Shown in pieces: positions 21,421-32,636 of a stretch of DNA of 64,000 nucleotides (within the stretch, counting starts at the first letter, position 1; each line of letters opens with the position of its first letter). Origin of the DNA: Deltaproteobacteria bacterium (GTDB lineage: Bacteria > Myxococcota_A > UBA9042 > DTJE01). The notes under the pieces are model-generated. The model did no database searches and was not told where the DNA came from. It worked only from the letters and a program-made list of their open reading frames with translations. A program made the position numbers and the translations under genes. The DNA is taken from the NCBI GenBank assembly GCA_029547805.1, contig JAKPOP010000010.1, positions 209,675-273,674 of the forward strand. The letters run 5' to 3'.

Positions 21421-24400
21421 GTGCGAGGCAGGAACTGGTGGATGAGCGCGACGCTGGTGCTGCTGGTTGCCTGCGACCAGGGCGGAGGCGGTTCCACCGA
21501 CGCCCGGGACCCTGGACCGGGGGACACGGCCGACGAGATCCCGGACCTCCCGGTCGTCATCAACCCCGATGACGGCCCTCGGGACGTCCGCGAGACCCTG
21601 GTCGAGGACCAGGGTTCGGGGCCTGACGATGCGGGACCGGACCTCCCGGCGGACCCGGGTGGAGACACCCTCGAACCGGGGGCCCCGGGCTGGCCCTGCG
21701 AGAGGGCCTCGGAGTGCAACTCCCAGTACTGCATGGACTCCCCCGATGGGAGGGTCTGCGCACAGATCTGCATCACCGAGTGCCCGGAAGGGGCGCGGTG
21801 CCTCCAGGTCCAGCAGGTCCCGGACCCCATCTTCGCCTGTGTCTATGTGTTCGCACGACTCTGCCGCCCGTGCATCCAGGACGCCGACTGCGTGGTGCCC
21901 TACGTCCCGGGAACCTCGGGATGCGTCCCCGGGGACCTGGGGTCCTTCTGCGGGGCCTTCTGCAACCGGGACCAGGACTGCCCTGCCGACTTCGGCTGCC
22001 GCGAGGTCCGCCTGGCCGGCGGCCTCCAGGTGAACCAGTGCGTACGCCTCCAGGGAGAGTGCGGATGCAGCCAGGCGGCCATCGAGGCCAAGGGCTGGAC
22101 GGTGTGCTGGGTCGAGAACGAGTTCGGCCGCTGCCGGGGCCAGCGGCGCTGCGAGGAGAACGGCCTGACCCCCTGCGATGCGCCCACCCCGGCCCTGGAG
22201 GCCTGCGACGGGGTGGACAACGACTGCAATGGCGTCACCGACGATATCGAGTCGAAGCCCTGCCTGGTGCGGAACGAGTACGGGTCCTGCCCCGGGCTCT
22301 CGGGCTGCCGCCTGGGTCAGGAGATCTGCGTGGGGACGCCGGCGGCCCCGGAGGCCTGCGACGGGGTGGACAACGACTGCGACGGCCTCACCGACGAGGA
22401 GGATGCCTCAGGGTGCCGCACCTACTACAAGGACCAGGACCAGGACAACTACGGGGTCCTCCAGGACAACCGGTGCCTCTGCGCCCCGCAGGCCCCCTAC
22501 CGGACCACCGCGGCCGGGGACTGCGACGACGAGGACCCGGAGCGGCATCCCAACCTGGCCGAGTCCTGCGACGGCAAGGACAACAACTGCAACGGGGTCA
22601 CTGACGAGCCCGGGACCCAGGGGTGCACGACCTTCTATCGGGACGGCGACGGCGATGGCTACGGAGTCACGGCCGACTCCCAGTGCCTCTGCGTGGCGAC
22701 GGCCCCCTATCTGGCCACCCAGGGAGGCGACTGCAACGATCAGAACCTGGACGTCCACCCGGACGCCCTCGAGACCTGCAACAGCCGGGACGACGACTGT
22801 GATCGGTTGATTGATCCGGAGGGGTCATACAACTGCCAGTCCTATTACTACGACGGGGACGGCGACGGTTTCGGGGCCAGGAACCGCCCGGCCCGGTGCC
22901 TCTGCTGGCCCGACAGGGCGGGGAAGTACACCGCCCTGACGAACACGGACTGCAACGACGGCGACCGGCAGGTCAGCCCGGCGCAACTGGAGCAGTGCGA
23001 GGACGGCATCGACAACGACTGCGACGGATTCACCGACGAGCCGGGCGCACAGGGATGCACGAACCGGTGGATCGACGAGGACCGGGACGGGTGGGGTGGC
23101 GGGGATCCCCTGTGCACCTGCCAGGCCGAGGCTCCCTACCTGGTAGAACGGGGCGGCGACTGCCGGGACCGCGACGCCTCGATCAACCCCGGAGAGAGCG
23201 AAGCGTGCGGGGACGGCATCGACAACAACTGCAACGGGGCCACCGACGAGGAGGGGGCCTCGGGGTGCGTGAACCGATGGGAGGACCTCGACCGGGACGG
23301 GTACGGCCAGGGCAGCCCCCGCTGCCTGTGTGCCGTCGAAGGGACCTACACTGCCCGTTACGGAGGCGACTGCGACGAGAACGACGCCACCCGGAATCCC
23401 GGGGCCTTCGAGGTCTGCGACGGCATCGACAACAACTGCAACGACGTCGCCGACGAGGAGGACGCCATCGGCTGCTCGCCCTGGTACTACGACTTCGACG
23501 GCGACGGCCACGGGGCCGTCGGGTCGGGGCGCTGCCTCTGCGGGTCGGCAGGCTTCTACCGGTCCCAGGATGACCGGGACTGCAACGACCGGGACCCCGC
23601 CATCGGTCCCCAGGCCACCGAGGTCTGCAACGGGGTGGACGACAACTGCGACGGGGCCACCGACGAGGAGAACGCGCAGCAGTGCCAGTCGTATTTCTAC
23701 GATGGGGACCGGGACGGCTATGGGTCGATGGTGGTGGCGTCCCGCTGCCTCTGCGGCCCGGACATCCCCGGGAAGTTCGACACCCGGAACGGGGGCGACT
23801 GCGACGACGGCAATGCCAATGTCCGTCCCGATCAGCCCGAGGTCTGCGAGCCCGAGGGTCAGGCCTCCCGGGACGACAACTGCAACGGCATCCTGAACGA
23901 GGAGAACGCCCTTTACTGCCTGAACTACTACTACGACGGAGACCGGGACGGTCATGGGACGCCTGATCGGTCCCCCAGATGCTTCTGCTCGGGTGGCAAC
24001 GCCGCCCTGAAACATGACAGCCGGTTCTCGGACGACTGCGACGACAACGACCCGCTGACCTCCGGAGGCCTGCTGGAACGCTGCAGCGACGGCAAGGACA
24101 ACAACTGCAACGGGGCCACTGATGAGGAGGGCGGAACCGGATGCCTCCCCTACTACCGGGACAACGACCGGGACGGCTACGGGGCCATCGGGGACTACCG
24201 ATGCCTCTGCGCGCCGGACCCCCTGGGGGTCTATGTCGCCTCGGAGGGCGGGGATTGCGACGACATGGACGGCAACACCCACCCCGGCGGAGCGGTCTGC
24301 GGCAAGGACGGCAACTGCGACGAAGCGCCCCTGGACCCGGGCGAGGCCTGCGACGACGGCAACGCCGTGTCCTGGGACGGGTGCACGAACTGCCAGTTCT

Positions 24401-25545
24401 CGGAGATCCGGGTCAACTCGCCCTATGTGAACGACCAGGTGTACCCGGCGGTGGCCCCGCTGGCCTCCGGAGGATACGTGGTGACCTACCGGACGGACCG
24501 GATCTCCACGAGTTACGACGTCGCCTTCCGGCTGATCGATGACCAGGGGAACCTGGTCGGCACCACCGAAAGCACCGCCAATGCCACCACGGCGGGCACC
24601 CAGCAGTTCCCCTCGGTCGCCGCGCTGCCCGGTGGCGGTTTCGCGATCACGTGGGAGTCCCTGGGCCAGGATGGCGACGGGAGCGGCGTCTATGGCCGGG
24701 TCTTCAACGGCTCCGGCTCTGCGACAAGCGGTGAATTCCTGGTCAACGGGACCACGCTGCTGGACCAGAAGGCGCCCCGGGTCGGGGCCCGGCCCGACGG
24801 GTCCCTGGTCGTGACCTGGCAGTCCTGGCTCCAGGACGGCTCTGAGTGGGGGGTCTATCTGCGCCGCATGGGTGTCGATGGAGTCCCCCTGGGGCCCGAG
24901 ACCCGGGTGAACCAGACGACGGCGGGGCCCCAGGACCAGCCTCGGGTCGCGGTGCTGCCGGACAACCGGTTCGTGATCGCCTGGAGGGGGCTCGTGTCCC
25001 GTGGAGGCTCCTCCACGGACCGGGACATCTTCCTGCGGCGCTACCTGGCCGACGGGACCCCAGATGGCAACGAGTTCGTGGTCAACGCCACCACGACCAA
25101 CGACCAGCAGGTGCCGGGCGTGGCCCCCCTGGGCAGCGACCAGGTGATCGTCGTCTGGGAGTCCTCGGGACAGGACGGCAGCGGAACGGGGGTCTACGGG
25201 CGCATCGTGGGAATGGACGGCACCTTCAAGACCAACGAGTTCCGGGTGAACTCCTATGCCTTGCAGGACCAGGGGATTCCCGCGGTGGCCTCCAACGCCG
25301 CTGGCCAGTTCGTGGTGATCTGGCAGTCGGCCTACCAGGACGGCGACGGCCTCGGGGTCTACTACCAACGCTATGATGCGACCGGCACCCCCATCGGCCT
25401 GGAGACCCGGCCCCACCTCCAGACGGCCAACGACCAGGCCCAGCCGGTCATTGCCGCCCAGAGCCTCCACTTCCTGCCGGTCTGGGCCTCCTTCGGACAG
25501 GATGGTTCGGGGTGGGGGATCTTCGCCCGGCGCCAGACCTGGTAG
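21421..25545 (+). CDS. Large Cys/Asp-rich surface lipoprotein (putative metal-binding/MopE-related repeats plus C-terminal beta-propeller-like repeats)
   Basis: GTG after GGAGG; lipobox LVAC; about 10 CDGxDNxCNG units, 9 DxDxDG motifs, a CDDGN...DGC Myxo Cys-rich repeat, 7 E.xVN...DQ..P.VA repeats. Confidence 0.85.
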   Translation: MRGRNWWMSATLVLLVACDQGGGGSTDARDPGPGDTADEIPDLPVVINPDDGPRDVRETLVEDQGSGPDDAGPDLPADPGGDTLEPGAPGWPCERASECNSQYCMDSPDGRVCAQICITECPEGARCLQVQQVPDPIFACVYVFARLCRPCIQDADCVVPYVPGTSGCVPGDLGSFCGAFCNRDQDCPADFGCREVRLAGGLQVNQCVRLQGECGCSQAAIEAKGWTVCWVENEFGRCRGQRRCEENGLTPCDAPTPALEACDGVDNDCNGVTDDIESKPCLVRNEYGSCPGLSGCRLGQEICVGTPAAPEACDGVDNDCDGLTDEEDASGCRTYYKDQDQDNYGVLQDNRCLCAPQAPYRTTAAGDCDDEDPERHPNLAESCDGKDNNCNGVTDEPGTQGCTTFYRDGDGDGYGVTADSQCLCVATAPYLATQGGDCNDQNLDVHPDALETCNSRDDDCDRLIDPEGSYNCQSYYYDGDGDGFGARNRPARCLCWPDRAGKYTALTNTDCNDGDRQVSPAQLEQCEDGIDNDCDGFTDEPGAQGCTNRWIDEDRDGWGGGDPLCTCQAEAPYLVERGGDCRDRDASINPGESEACGDGIDNNCNGATDEEGASGCVNRWEDLDRDGYGQGSPRCLCAVEGTYTARYGGDCDENDATRNPGAFEVCDGIDNNCNDVADEEDAIGCSPWYYDFDGDGHGAVGSGRCLCGSAGFYRSQDDRDCNDRDPAIGPQATEVCNGVDDNCDGATDEENAQQCQSYFYDGDRDGYGSMVVASRCLCGPDIPGKFDTRNGGDCDDGNANVRPDQPEVCEPEGQASRDDNCNGILNEENALYCLNYYYDGDRDGHGTPDRSPRCFCSGGNAALKHDSRFSDDCDDNDPLTSGGLLERCSDGKDNNCNGATDEEGGTGCLPYYRDNDRDGYGAIGDYRCLCAPDPLGVYVASEGGDCDDMDGNTHPGGAVCGKDGNCDEAPLDPGEACDDGNAVSWDGCTNCQFSEIRVNSPYVNDQVYPAVAPLASGGYVVTYRTDRISTSYDVAFRLIDDQGNLVGTTESTANATTAGTQQFPSVAALPGGGFAITWESLGQDGDGSGVYGRVFNGSGSATSGEFLVNGTTLLDQKAPRVGARPDGSLVVTWQSWLQDGSEWGVYLRRMGVDGVPLGPETRVNQTTAGPQDQPRVAVLPDNRFVIAWRGLVSRGGSSTDRDIFLRRYLADGTPDGNEFVVNATTTNDQQVPGVAPLGSDQVIVVWESSGQDGSGTGVYGRIVGMDGTFKTNEFRVNSYALQDQGIPAVASNAAGQFVVIWQSAYQDGDGLGVYYQRYDATGTPIGLETRPHLQTANDQAQPVIAAQSLHFLPVWASFGQDGSGWGIFARRQTW

Positions 25546-25629
25546 TCCTCAGGGGGAGTCCTCAGGGGACCAGACGCGGCTGAGCCGGGCCGCACGGCCG
25601 GGCCCTCGGCTCCCAAGGGAAACGGGGAA

Positions 25630-26028
25630 TCACGCCTTGGCGCGGGGGGACCGGGAACGGGGCTTCCTGGGGGCGGCAGGGGCCTCCTTGGGCGGCTCGG
25701 GCTCCGCCGACGCCTCCCGCGGTGGGGCGGCCTCGGGCTTCGGGGCCGCTGCCTGGCGGGCCAGTTCCTCCTTGAGCCGAGCGACCTCCGTCTCCAGGCT
25801 CCGGACCACCGCCCGGAGGGAGGACATCTCGTCCCGGGTCACGAGTTCCAGCGTCCGGGCCACCAGGCGCACCTGGGCCTCCACGTTCTGCCGCATGTCG
25901 GCCTGGAGGTTCAGGGCCTGGGTCAGGAGCCCCTGGACCTTCTCGTCCTGGATCACCTTCAGGGCGATGGGCGAGAAACGCTGCAGCACCCCTTTCAGCA
26001 CGACGTCCCTCCACAACTCGAACACCAT
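25630..26028 (-). CDS. Hypothetical coiled-coil protein (phasin/UbiK-like LELVTRDE motif, Pro/Ala/Lys tail)
   Basis: GGAGGAA RBS; genome-typical codon use; upstream TTGACA on the - strand. Confidence 0.7.
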   Translation of the reverse strand: MVFELWRDVVLKGVLQRFSPIALKVIQDEKVQGLLTQALNLQADMRQNVEAQVRLVARTLELVTRDEMSSLRAVVRSLETEVARLKEELARQAAAPKPEAAPPREASAEPEPPKEAPAAPRKPRSRSPRAKA

Positions 26029-26147
26029 CGGTTCCTCCTGGATGATGCAACGGGCAGGCAATCATCCCAGACCCCCCGGACCCTGTCAAACCCCCTGGCC
26101 CGCCCCCATTTCGAGGGGGCCGTGCCATCTGGGAACGACAACTCGCA

Positions 26148-26175
26148 TTGACTTGGAGAGGCTCTCCATTACACT
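26148..26175 (+). promoter_or_regulatory. gap promoter with palindromic operator in the spacer
   Basis: TTGACT-16 bp-TACACT; the spacer holds TGGAGAG-G-CTCTCCA (26154-26168). Confidence 0.6.
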
Positions 26176-26229
26176 TCCTCCGGGACCGGACGGGACGTCC
26201 CCGTCCCATCCTTTTCATGGAGGTGAACG

Positions 26230-27282
26230 ATGGAGCGCAAGATCCGCATCGCAATCAATGGCTTCGGGCGCATCGGCCGGCTGGTGGCCCGGGCGGCCCT
26301 GGAACAGGGCGGCTTCGAGGTCGTGGCGATCAACGACATCCTGGACCCGAAGGACTACGCCAAGGGGGTTCGATTCCACGCGAAACTGTTCCAGTTCGAC
26401 TCGGCCCATGGGCGCTTCCAGGGCACGGTGGAGCCCACCGAGAACCAGATCATCGTCAATGGCCAGCCCATCGACGTCCTGTCCTTCAAGACCCTGGAGG
26501 AACTCCCCTGGGGCAAGTACGACCTGGACTTCGTGGTGGAGTCCACGGGCGTCTTCCGGAAGCGGGAGCAGATCGAGACCCACCTGCGAAACGGCGCGAA
26601 GCGGGTGCTGCTCACGGTGCCGCCCAAGGACTCGGTGGACCACATCACCGTGATGGGCGTCAACGACCACGAGTTGCGGCCGGAGCACCGGCTGATCTCC
26701 AACGCCTCCTGCACCACCAACTGCCTGGCGCCGGTGGTGAAGGTGCTCCACCGGGAGTTTGGACTCGTCCGAGGCTTCATGACGACCGTCCACGCCTACA
26801 CGAACGACCAGCGCATCCTGGACCAGTTCCACAAGGAGGACCTGCGCCGGGCCCGCTCCGCCGGCGTGAACCTGATTCCCACCAGCACCGGCGCCGCGAA
26901 GACGATCGGGAAGATCATCCCGGAACTCGATGGTCGGCTGGACGGCCTGGCGGTCCGGGCCCCGGTCCAGGACGGGTCCCTGGTGGACTTCGTCTGTGAA
27001 CTGGAGCGCATCCAGGTCCAGGACCCCAAGGCGATGATCAGGGAGATCAACGCGGCGATGCGGAAGGCCGCCGAGACGGACCTCAAGGGCATCCTGGAGT
27101 ACAGCGAGGACGCCCTCGTCAGCACCGACATCATCCACAACCCGGCCTCGTCGATCTTCGACGCGAAGTCCACGATGGTGATGCCGAACAGCCGGATGGT
27201 GAAGGTCCTGTCCTGGTATGACAACGAGTGGGGCTACTCCTGCCGCTGCGTGGACCTCATGAAGAAGGCCGCGGCCCTCTGA
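26230..27282 (+). CDS. gap: Type I glyceraldehyde-3-phosphate dehydrogenase
   Basis: INGFGRIGR, ESTGVF, SNASCTTNCLAP, STGAAK, WYDNEWGYS. Confidence 0.98.
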   Translation: MERKIRIAINGFGRIGRLVARAALEQGGFEVVAINDILDPKDYAKGVRFHAKLFQFDSAHGRFQGTVEPTENQIIVNGQPIDVLSFKTLEELPWGKYDLDFVVESTGVFRKREQIETHLRNGAKRVLLTVPPKDSVDHITVMGVNDHELRPEHRLISNASCTTNCLAPVVKVLHREFGLVRGFMTTVHAYTNDQRILDQFHKEDLRRARSAGVNLIPTSTGAAKTIGKIIPELDGRLDGLAVRAPVQDGSLVDFVCELERIQVQDPKAMIREINAAMRKAAETDLKGILEYSEDALVSTDIIHNPASSIFDAKSTMVMPNSRMVKVLSWYDNEWGYSCRCVDLMKKAAAL

Positions 27283-27324
27283 TCCTCGGGCGGCCGGCCT
27301 CGGCACCTGCCGAAGCCCGGGTTC

Positions 27325-28287
27325 CTACTGGACATCGGTGGGGCCTCGGCCAATCCAGGTGGTTGGTTCCCCGTCGTCGGCCGACAACATCCCGCGGTAC
27401 TCCTCCTGCAACTCCCAGAGACGCCGCCTGTCCTGGGCCCGCCGACGCTTTCGAACATAGGCCCACAGGAACAGGCCCACGATGAGGACCCACAGCACGG
27501 CGGACCCCGTCAGCACGTAGAGCCAGGACTCGAGGGGGCTGGTGGTCTGCCGAAAGACCTCGAACAGAGTCTCGGGAGAGGCCCCCCAGGTGGTGTCAAA
27601 GGCCAGGGGGAAGTCCATCCCGGTCCGCATCGCCTCAACCAGCCGCCCCACCCCGCGCCCCCCGGCCCGCCGGTCCAGCCACTGGAGGAACATCCGGGAC
27701 TGGGCGTAGGCCAGGTGCACGGCCGGCGGCCGGTCCGGAAAGGTGTCGTCCAGGTCCGAGAGGGGAAGGTAGGAACCGGTCGCTCCCGCCTCCAGGAAGG
27801 CCTTCAGGCGCATCGCCAGGGGCTCCCCGGCCATCTGCATTGCGAAGCCCTCGTGGAACCAGCGGGGCACCCGGCGTCCCCCGATCGCGGTCTCCAGGTA
27901 CAGATGCGCCAGTTCATGCACAAAGACATCCCGAGCCGAAAAGACCTCGTTGCCACGGGCCGACAGCACGATGCGCCCCTCGTGTGGCCAGGCCATGCCG
28001 GCAATCCACTCCCGGACCGGTCCTGCGCTCCCGACCGCCCGGGACATCTGCGCCTCGTCGGAGGCGATCCGGACCTCGATGACCCGTTCGTCGGAGACCC
28101 CGAGGCGATGCAGCAGCGCCTGCCGGATGTCCTCGGCCCGTTCCGAGAGGTTCCTGGCCAGTCCCACCGAGCCATCGTCCGGCAGAAGGACAAAGTGCGT
28201 CGTACGAATGCTGTCGGGGCCTTCCGAGGCCCGACCATCCACGGACCAGGCCATCGTCGCCAGGAGGAGTGCCAGGCGGGGACCCAT
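27325..28287 (-). CDS. Peptidase MA-like zinc metallopeptidase with C-terminal TM helix
   Basis: HELAH...PRWFHEG gluzincin motif, AYAQS; signal peptide. Confidence 0.85.
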   Translation of the reverse strand: MGPRLALLLATMAWSVDGRASEGPDSIRTTHFVLLPDDGSVGLARNLSERAEDIRQALLHRLGVSDERVIEVRIASDEAQMSRAVGSAGPVREWIAGMAWPHEGRIVLSARGNEVFSARDVFVHELAHLYLETAIGGRRVPRWFHEGFAMQMAGEPLAMRLKAFLEAGATGSYLPLSDLDDTFPDRPPAVHLAYAQSRMFLQWLDRRAGGRGVGRLVEAMRTGMDFPLAFDTTWGASPETLFEVFRQTTSPLESWLYVLTGSAVLWVLIVGLFLWAYVRKRRRAQDRRRLWELQEEYRGMLSADDGEPTTWIGRGPTDVQ

Positions 28288-28324
28288 CGTTCATCTCCGG
28301 ACTGACCCCTGCCGGGATCGGGAG

Positions 28325-29317
28325 TCACCGTGGCCGGCTCCAGAAGAAGCGCCCTTCCGAGGCCCCGACCTCCAGCAGGAAGCCGAAGGAGAAGACAATC
28401 CGGCCCTGTTCATCGACCAGGCCCGCCGGGGGGTTCGGGAAGGGGCCCGCCTTTCGGAAGGCCCGAACCGCCTCCTCGTCCAGGAAAGGCAGGCCGGACT
28501 CCCGCTTCACCTCCATCCGGAGAATCCTCCCCTCGGCATCCAGGGCCACGGCCAGGATGGTCAAACGGTCCCGTCGCCCGTAGATGCGACCGTCGGGGTC
28601 CCGGGCCGCGTAGAGGGGTCCCGGATTCCATTGGGACCGGACTCGTTCCTTCACCCGCTGGAAGAAGTCCCAGTACTTGAAGGACCGGGTGTTCACCAGC
28701 GTCGTGTCTCCCTCCTCGGGGACCCCCAGGAAGGCATCCCCCGTCACCACCCCCGCCGGCCCTCCCTCGCCGCCCGGGCCCTCACCGTCGTGATGCCCCC
28801 ACACCGGGCCCTGGCCGACTCCCCGCAAGCGGTCCAGCCCCGCCAGGATCCGATGCCCCCTGCCTCGGTCTGCGCCCCGGGAGACCGTCTCCGTCGCCTC
28901 CGGGGTCCCCGGCGGAGGGGATCCCGTTCCCTTCCCGGCGGGGGCTCCCGCGATCGGCCTCTCCCGGGTGTCTTCGGACCCGGGCACCGCACCGGCAGAA
29001 CGACGGGCCTTGCGTTCCCGATCCACCTTCCGGTCATGGCGGGCCAGGAAGCGGGCCTCTGTGGGCACCTCCTCCCGGTCGGGAGGCGGCAGGTCCACCA
29101 CCTGGCCCTCCAACGGGGCCGCCGGGGGAGCCACCTTCCGGGCCCGGTCCAGAATCCGCATGCGCACGGCCCTCTTCTCCTCGGGGCTGGGCGCCGTTTC
29201 TGGGTGCGTCCAGAGCCAGAGGGCCAGCAGGCTGTGGATCAGCAGCGAACAGGACAGGCCGATGACGAGGCTGCGACGGGAACCAAGGTCCGCCGGTCGC
29301 CTGGCATCCCTGTTCAC
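28325..29317 (-). CDS. TonB/TolA-family energy transducer
   Basis: N-terminal TM with SLLIH (SHLS-like) motif, Pro/Gly linker, C-terminal SG...LDEEAVRAF..AGPFPNPP. Confidence 0.85.
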   Translation of the reverse strand: MNRDARRPADLGSRRSLVIGLSCSLLIHSLLALWLWTHPETAPSPEEKRAVRMRILDRARKVAPPAAPLEGQVVDLPPPDREEVPTEARFLARHDRKVDRERKARRSAGAVPGSEDTRERPIAGAPAGKGTGSPPPGTPEATETVSRGADRGRGHRILAGLDRLRGVGQGPVWGHHDGEGPGGEGGPAGVVTGDAFLGVPEEGDTTLVNTRSFKYWDFFQRVKERVRSQWNPGPLYAARDPDGRIYGRRDRLTILAVALDAEGRILRMEVKRESGLPFLDEEAVRAFRKAGPFPNPPAGLVDEQGRIVFSFGFLLEVGASEGRFFWSRPR

Positions 29318-29362
29318 GCCAACCTCCCCCGGGCCACCAGCCCCAGCCCCGCCGCAGGCTCT

Positions 29363-29782
<420 letters not shown>

Positions 29783-29919
29783 CGTCTCTCCAGGATCAGG
29801 CCTCCAGGAGTCATACTATCGGTCGCGTCCCGAGGCGGTCAAGGAACGACCGTCCTTTCCCCGGCGCCCGAAATGTGGCAGCATCCCGACGACGATCTTT
29901 TTCTGCAGAGGGGTCTCAG

Positions 29920-31086
29920 ATGTCCACCGACTCGTGCCCTGTGTCCCGAAACTGGCGCATCCTGCTGGGAGGCGTGGTGCTCGCAGCGGTGATGCTGCCC
30001 GTAGCGATCGCGTCGTGGGAGGCGGTCTCCCGTCAATGCAGCCTCTCCCGGCAGGTCCGGTACTGGGCCCGTCAGGGAGACGAGGCCTTCCAGAAGGGGG
30101 AGACCAGCCTGGCCGTCCAGGCCTACCAGCGGGCGCTTGCCCTCCAGGCCCATCGCCAGGACCTCGCCAATGCCATTGCCCGGGCTCGCGTCCACGAACT
30201 GGCCTGGCATCCCGATGGGCTGCGCACCGTGGACATGGACGAAGTGACGCTGGACCTCCAGGTGGTCGAGAAGGTCTTCCCGAAGGACATGGCCACTGTC
30301 CAGGCCCTCCGAGGCTTCATGGCTGCTGCCCAGGGCCGAATCTCCGAGGGGCAGGCCCTCTACAAGAAGGCCCTGGAACTGGACCCCGGCAACGGCCCTG
30401 CCCACCTGGGTCTCGCCCTGCTGGCCCGAAGGGACTCGAACCGGCTCGCCGAGGCCATCTCCGAACTGGAGGCGGTCCTTCAGGCCCGTCCCGACCGGGC
30501 GGACCTGAGGGCCCTGCTGGCCCGCACCCAGATGGACCGAGGCATGGCGGCCGAGGCGCTGAAGAACTTCGAGACCGCCGTTGAGAAGAGGCAGGAGGCC
30601 TCCTGGCTCCGGGACCTGGGTCAGGCGGCCCTGATGACCGGGGACGTCAACCGGGCGGTCCAGGCCCTGACCGACTCGAGCCGGTTGCAGGCCAGCGACC
30701 CCGAGACGTGGTCCCTCCTGGCCCAGGCCCACCTGTCGGCCAAGGCCTTTGACAAGGCGGAACAGGCCGCCAGGACGGCCCTCTCCCTCCAGGACAGCCC
30801 CTCGGCCGCCTATCGGCTCGCCGTGGCCCTGAACTCCCAGCAGAAGTTCCAGGAGGCGCTGCCCCTGTTGCAGCGGCTGGTGGCTCAGGGGAACGAGATC
30901 CTGCACTACTACGAGTACGGCGTGGCCCTCGCCGGCACCGGACGCACCCAGGACGCCCTCCGGGTGTTCCAGGGCATTGTCCAGTCGAGGCCCCCGGAGG
31001 ACCAGGTGGTGGCCCGGGTGGTGCAGCAGATCCAGGCCCAGGCCCAGAAGCGCATCGAGCAGCTCCAGGCATCCGGAGGCAAATGA
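29920..31086 (+). CDS. Membrane-anchored tetratricopeptide repeat protein
   Basis: N-terminal hydrophobic helix; multiple TPRs (e.g. YKKALELDPGNGPAHLGLA). Confidence 0.85.
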   Translation: MSTDSCPVSRNWRILLGGVVLAAVMLPVAIASWEAVSRQCSLSRQVRYWARQGDEAFQKGETSLAVQAYQRALALQAHRQDLANAIARARVHELAWHPDGLRTVDMDEVTLDLQVVEKVFPKDMATVQALRGFMAAAQGRISEGQALYKKALELDPGNGPAHLGLALLARRDSNRLAEAISELEAVLQARPDRADLRALLARTQMDRGMAAEALKNFETAVEKRQEASWLRDLGQAALMTGDVNRAVQALTDSSRLQASDPETWSLLAQAHLSAKAFDKAEQAARTALSLQDSPSAAYRLAVALNSQQKFQEALPLLQRLVAQGNEILHYYEYGVALAGTGRTQDALRVFQGIVQSRPPEDQVVARVVQQIQAQAQKRIEQLQASGGK

Positions 31087-32612
31087 CCGCTCCCCCTGAT
31101 ACCCCCGACCCCGCCAGCGACCGGCCGCCGGAGGTCCCTCCCCTGCGACCGGACCTGCGCCTCTTGCCCCAGGAGGATGGAGGCGCGCTGCTGGTCGGGG
31201 ATGAGCGGACCCGCCGGATCCGCCTCGACGCCCGGGGAAAGGCGCTGGCAACGTTGCTGGACCGGGCCCAGACCCTCGAGGGACTGAACCAGCGATTGGA
31301 GGAGACCACCGGCCGGGCCATGGAACCGGACGCCCTCCGGCGGACCCTTGCGGCCTTCGATCGCCTCGACCTGTTCCAGAGGACCGACGAGGCGCCACCT
31401 CCCGAAACGGCAGACTGGGAGTCTCTGCCGCTGCGCATCGATCCTCGAGGCCGGTTCACCTGCTCGGCCTGCGGGTCCTGCTGCCACGGAGTCAACGTCC
31501 CCTTTGACCGGGACGCCTTGGAGCGCCTGACGCCCGATCGCCTGGAGGTCCTCCAGCGGGACCTGGGATTCCAGGGGGCCCCGGTCCTGATCCTGAACGC
31601 CGAGACAGGCGGCGAGGCCCTGCCCATCTGCCGCAACCGGTTCGGCGCCTGCCTGTTCCTGGAGGACCGCCTCTGCGCCCTGCACAGCCGGTTCGGGCCT
31701 GAGGCAAAGCCCCTGGTCTGCCGGATGTTTCCATGGGACTTCCTCGTGGGGCCCGATGGCATCACCGTGAGCCTCCAGATGGAGTGCCGGGACCCGAAGG
31801 CCCTCCTCGATGGGGAGCCCCTGTCGGCCCAGGAGGCGGAAGTGAGGGAGCTGCTGCGCCTGGTGGGGACCAGGGCCCTGGAACGGGACCGGGCGACGCT
31901 CGATGGGGCCACCGTCGTCTCCTTCGAGGAGTACCTGGACCTGGAACAGGAGGTCCTTCTGGCCCTCGACCGATCCCCAGGCGGGGGATACGATCTCTGG
32001 GCCACCGGCGGCAGGATCCTGCAGCATCGATGGAACCTGGCGCCGCCCCCTGGTACCCCGACCTCACCGGAGGATGCAGCCCGAGACCTCCAGGCGCTGC
32101 TGCATGATCTGCAGCGACGGATGCAGGCCCTCCGGACCAGCGTCCGCCAGGAAGGAAAGGCCATCCGGGTCGAGAGCCGTCACCTGGACGGGGTCCTGGA
32201 GGCCATTGCAACCCTGCCCCGCCATGGGCCCCAGGTGCTCGCATCGGACGAGAACGAAGAGGCCCTCGCCCTGGTCCGGGCCTGGGTGCGGAACTGGTGG
32301 TGGGGACGGACCCCGCTGCGGATGGGAGACATCCTGTCGGCCCAGGGACTGGGGATGCTCCAGTGGCTCCTCACCCGGGCCCTGGCCGTTCACTCGGCGA
32401 GGCTGGTGGAGCGGAGGTTTTTGACGACCCAGGACCTGGTGGACGCCTGGACGCGGGTCCACTTCTTCCTCCGCAATCGCCGAGTGCGGGATGCGATGCG
32501 CTCCCTTCGACCGGCAGTGATCGCGTTGCTGGTCTTCGGCCTGGAGACGCTCAGGCAGGCGGCTCCCCTGCTTCCCGGGGACGACCCGGGGACGGACTTC
32601 TTCCTGCTCTGA
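31083..32612 (+). CDS. YkgJ/FliB-like Cys-cluster protein with N-terminal PqqD/RRE-like domain
   Basis: FTCSACGSCC and CLFLEDRLCALH...KPLVCRMFP; residues ~20-100 look like 3 strands plus 3 helices ending LAAFDRLDLF. Confidence 0.75.
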   Translation: MTAPPDTPDPASDRPPEVPPLRPDLRLLPQEDGGALLVGDERTRRIRLDARGKALATLLDRAQTLEGLNQRLEETTGRAMEPDALRRTLAAFDRLDLFQRTDEAPPPETADWESLPLRIDPRGRFTCSACGSCCHGVNVPFDRDALERLTPDRLEVLQRDLGFQGAPVLILNAETGGEALPICRNRFGACLFLEDRLCALHSRFGPEAKPLVCRMFPWDFLVGPDGITVSLQMECRDPKALLDGEPLSAQEAEVRELLRLVGTRALERDRATLDGATVVSFEEYLDLEQEVLLALDRSPGGGYDLWATGGRILQHRWNLAPPPGTPTSPEDAARDLQALLHDLQRRMQALRTSVRQEGKAIRVESRHLDGVLEAIATLPRHGPQVLASDENEEALALVRAWVRNWWWGRTPLRMGDILSAQGLGMLQWLLTRALAVHSARLVERRFLTTQDLVDAWTRVHFFLRNRRVRDAMRSLRPAVIALLVFGLETLRQAAPLLPGDDPGTDFFLL

Positions 32613-32636
32613 GGACCTTCCAGGCCCCGAGGGAGT

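Noticed and set aside
22200-24300. DNA-level repeats (TGCGACGG..GACAACAACTGC) as a DGR or mobile repeat
   Set aside because: Explained by in-frame protein repeats; there is no reverse transcriptase and no adenine-specific variation pattern.
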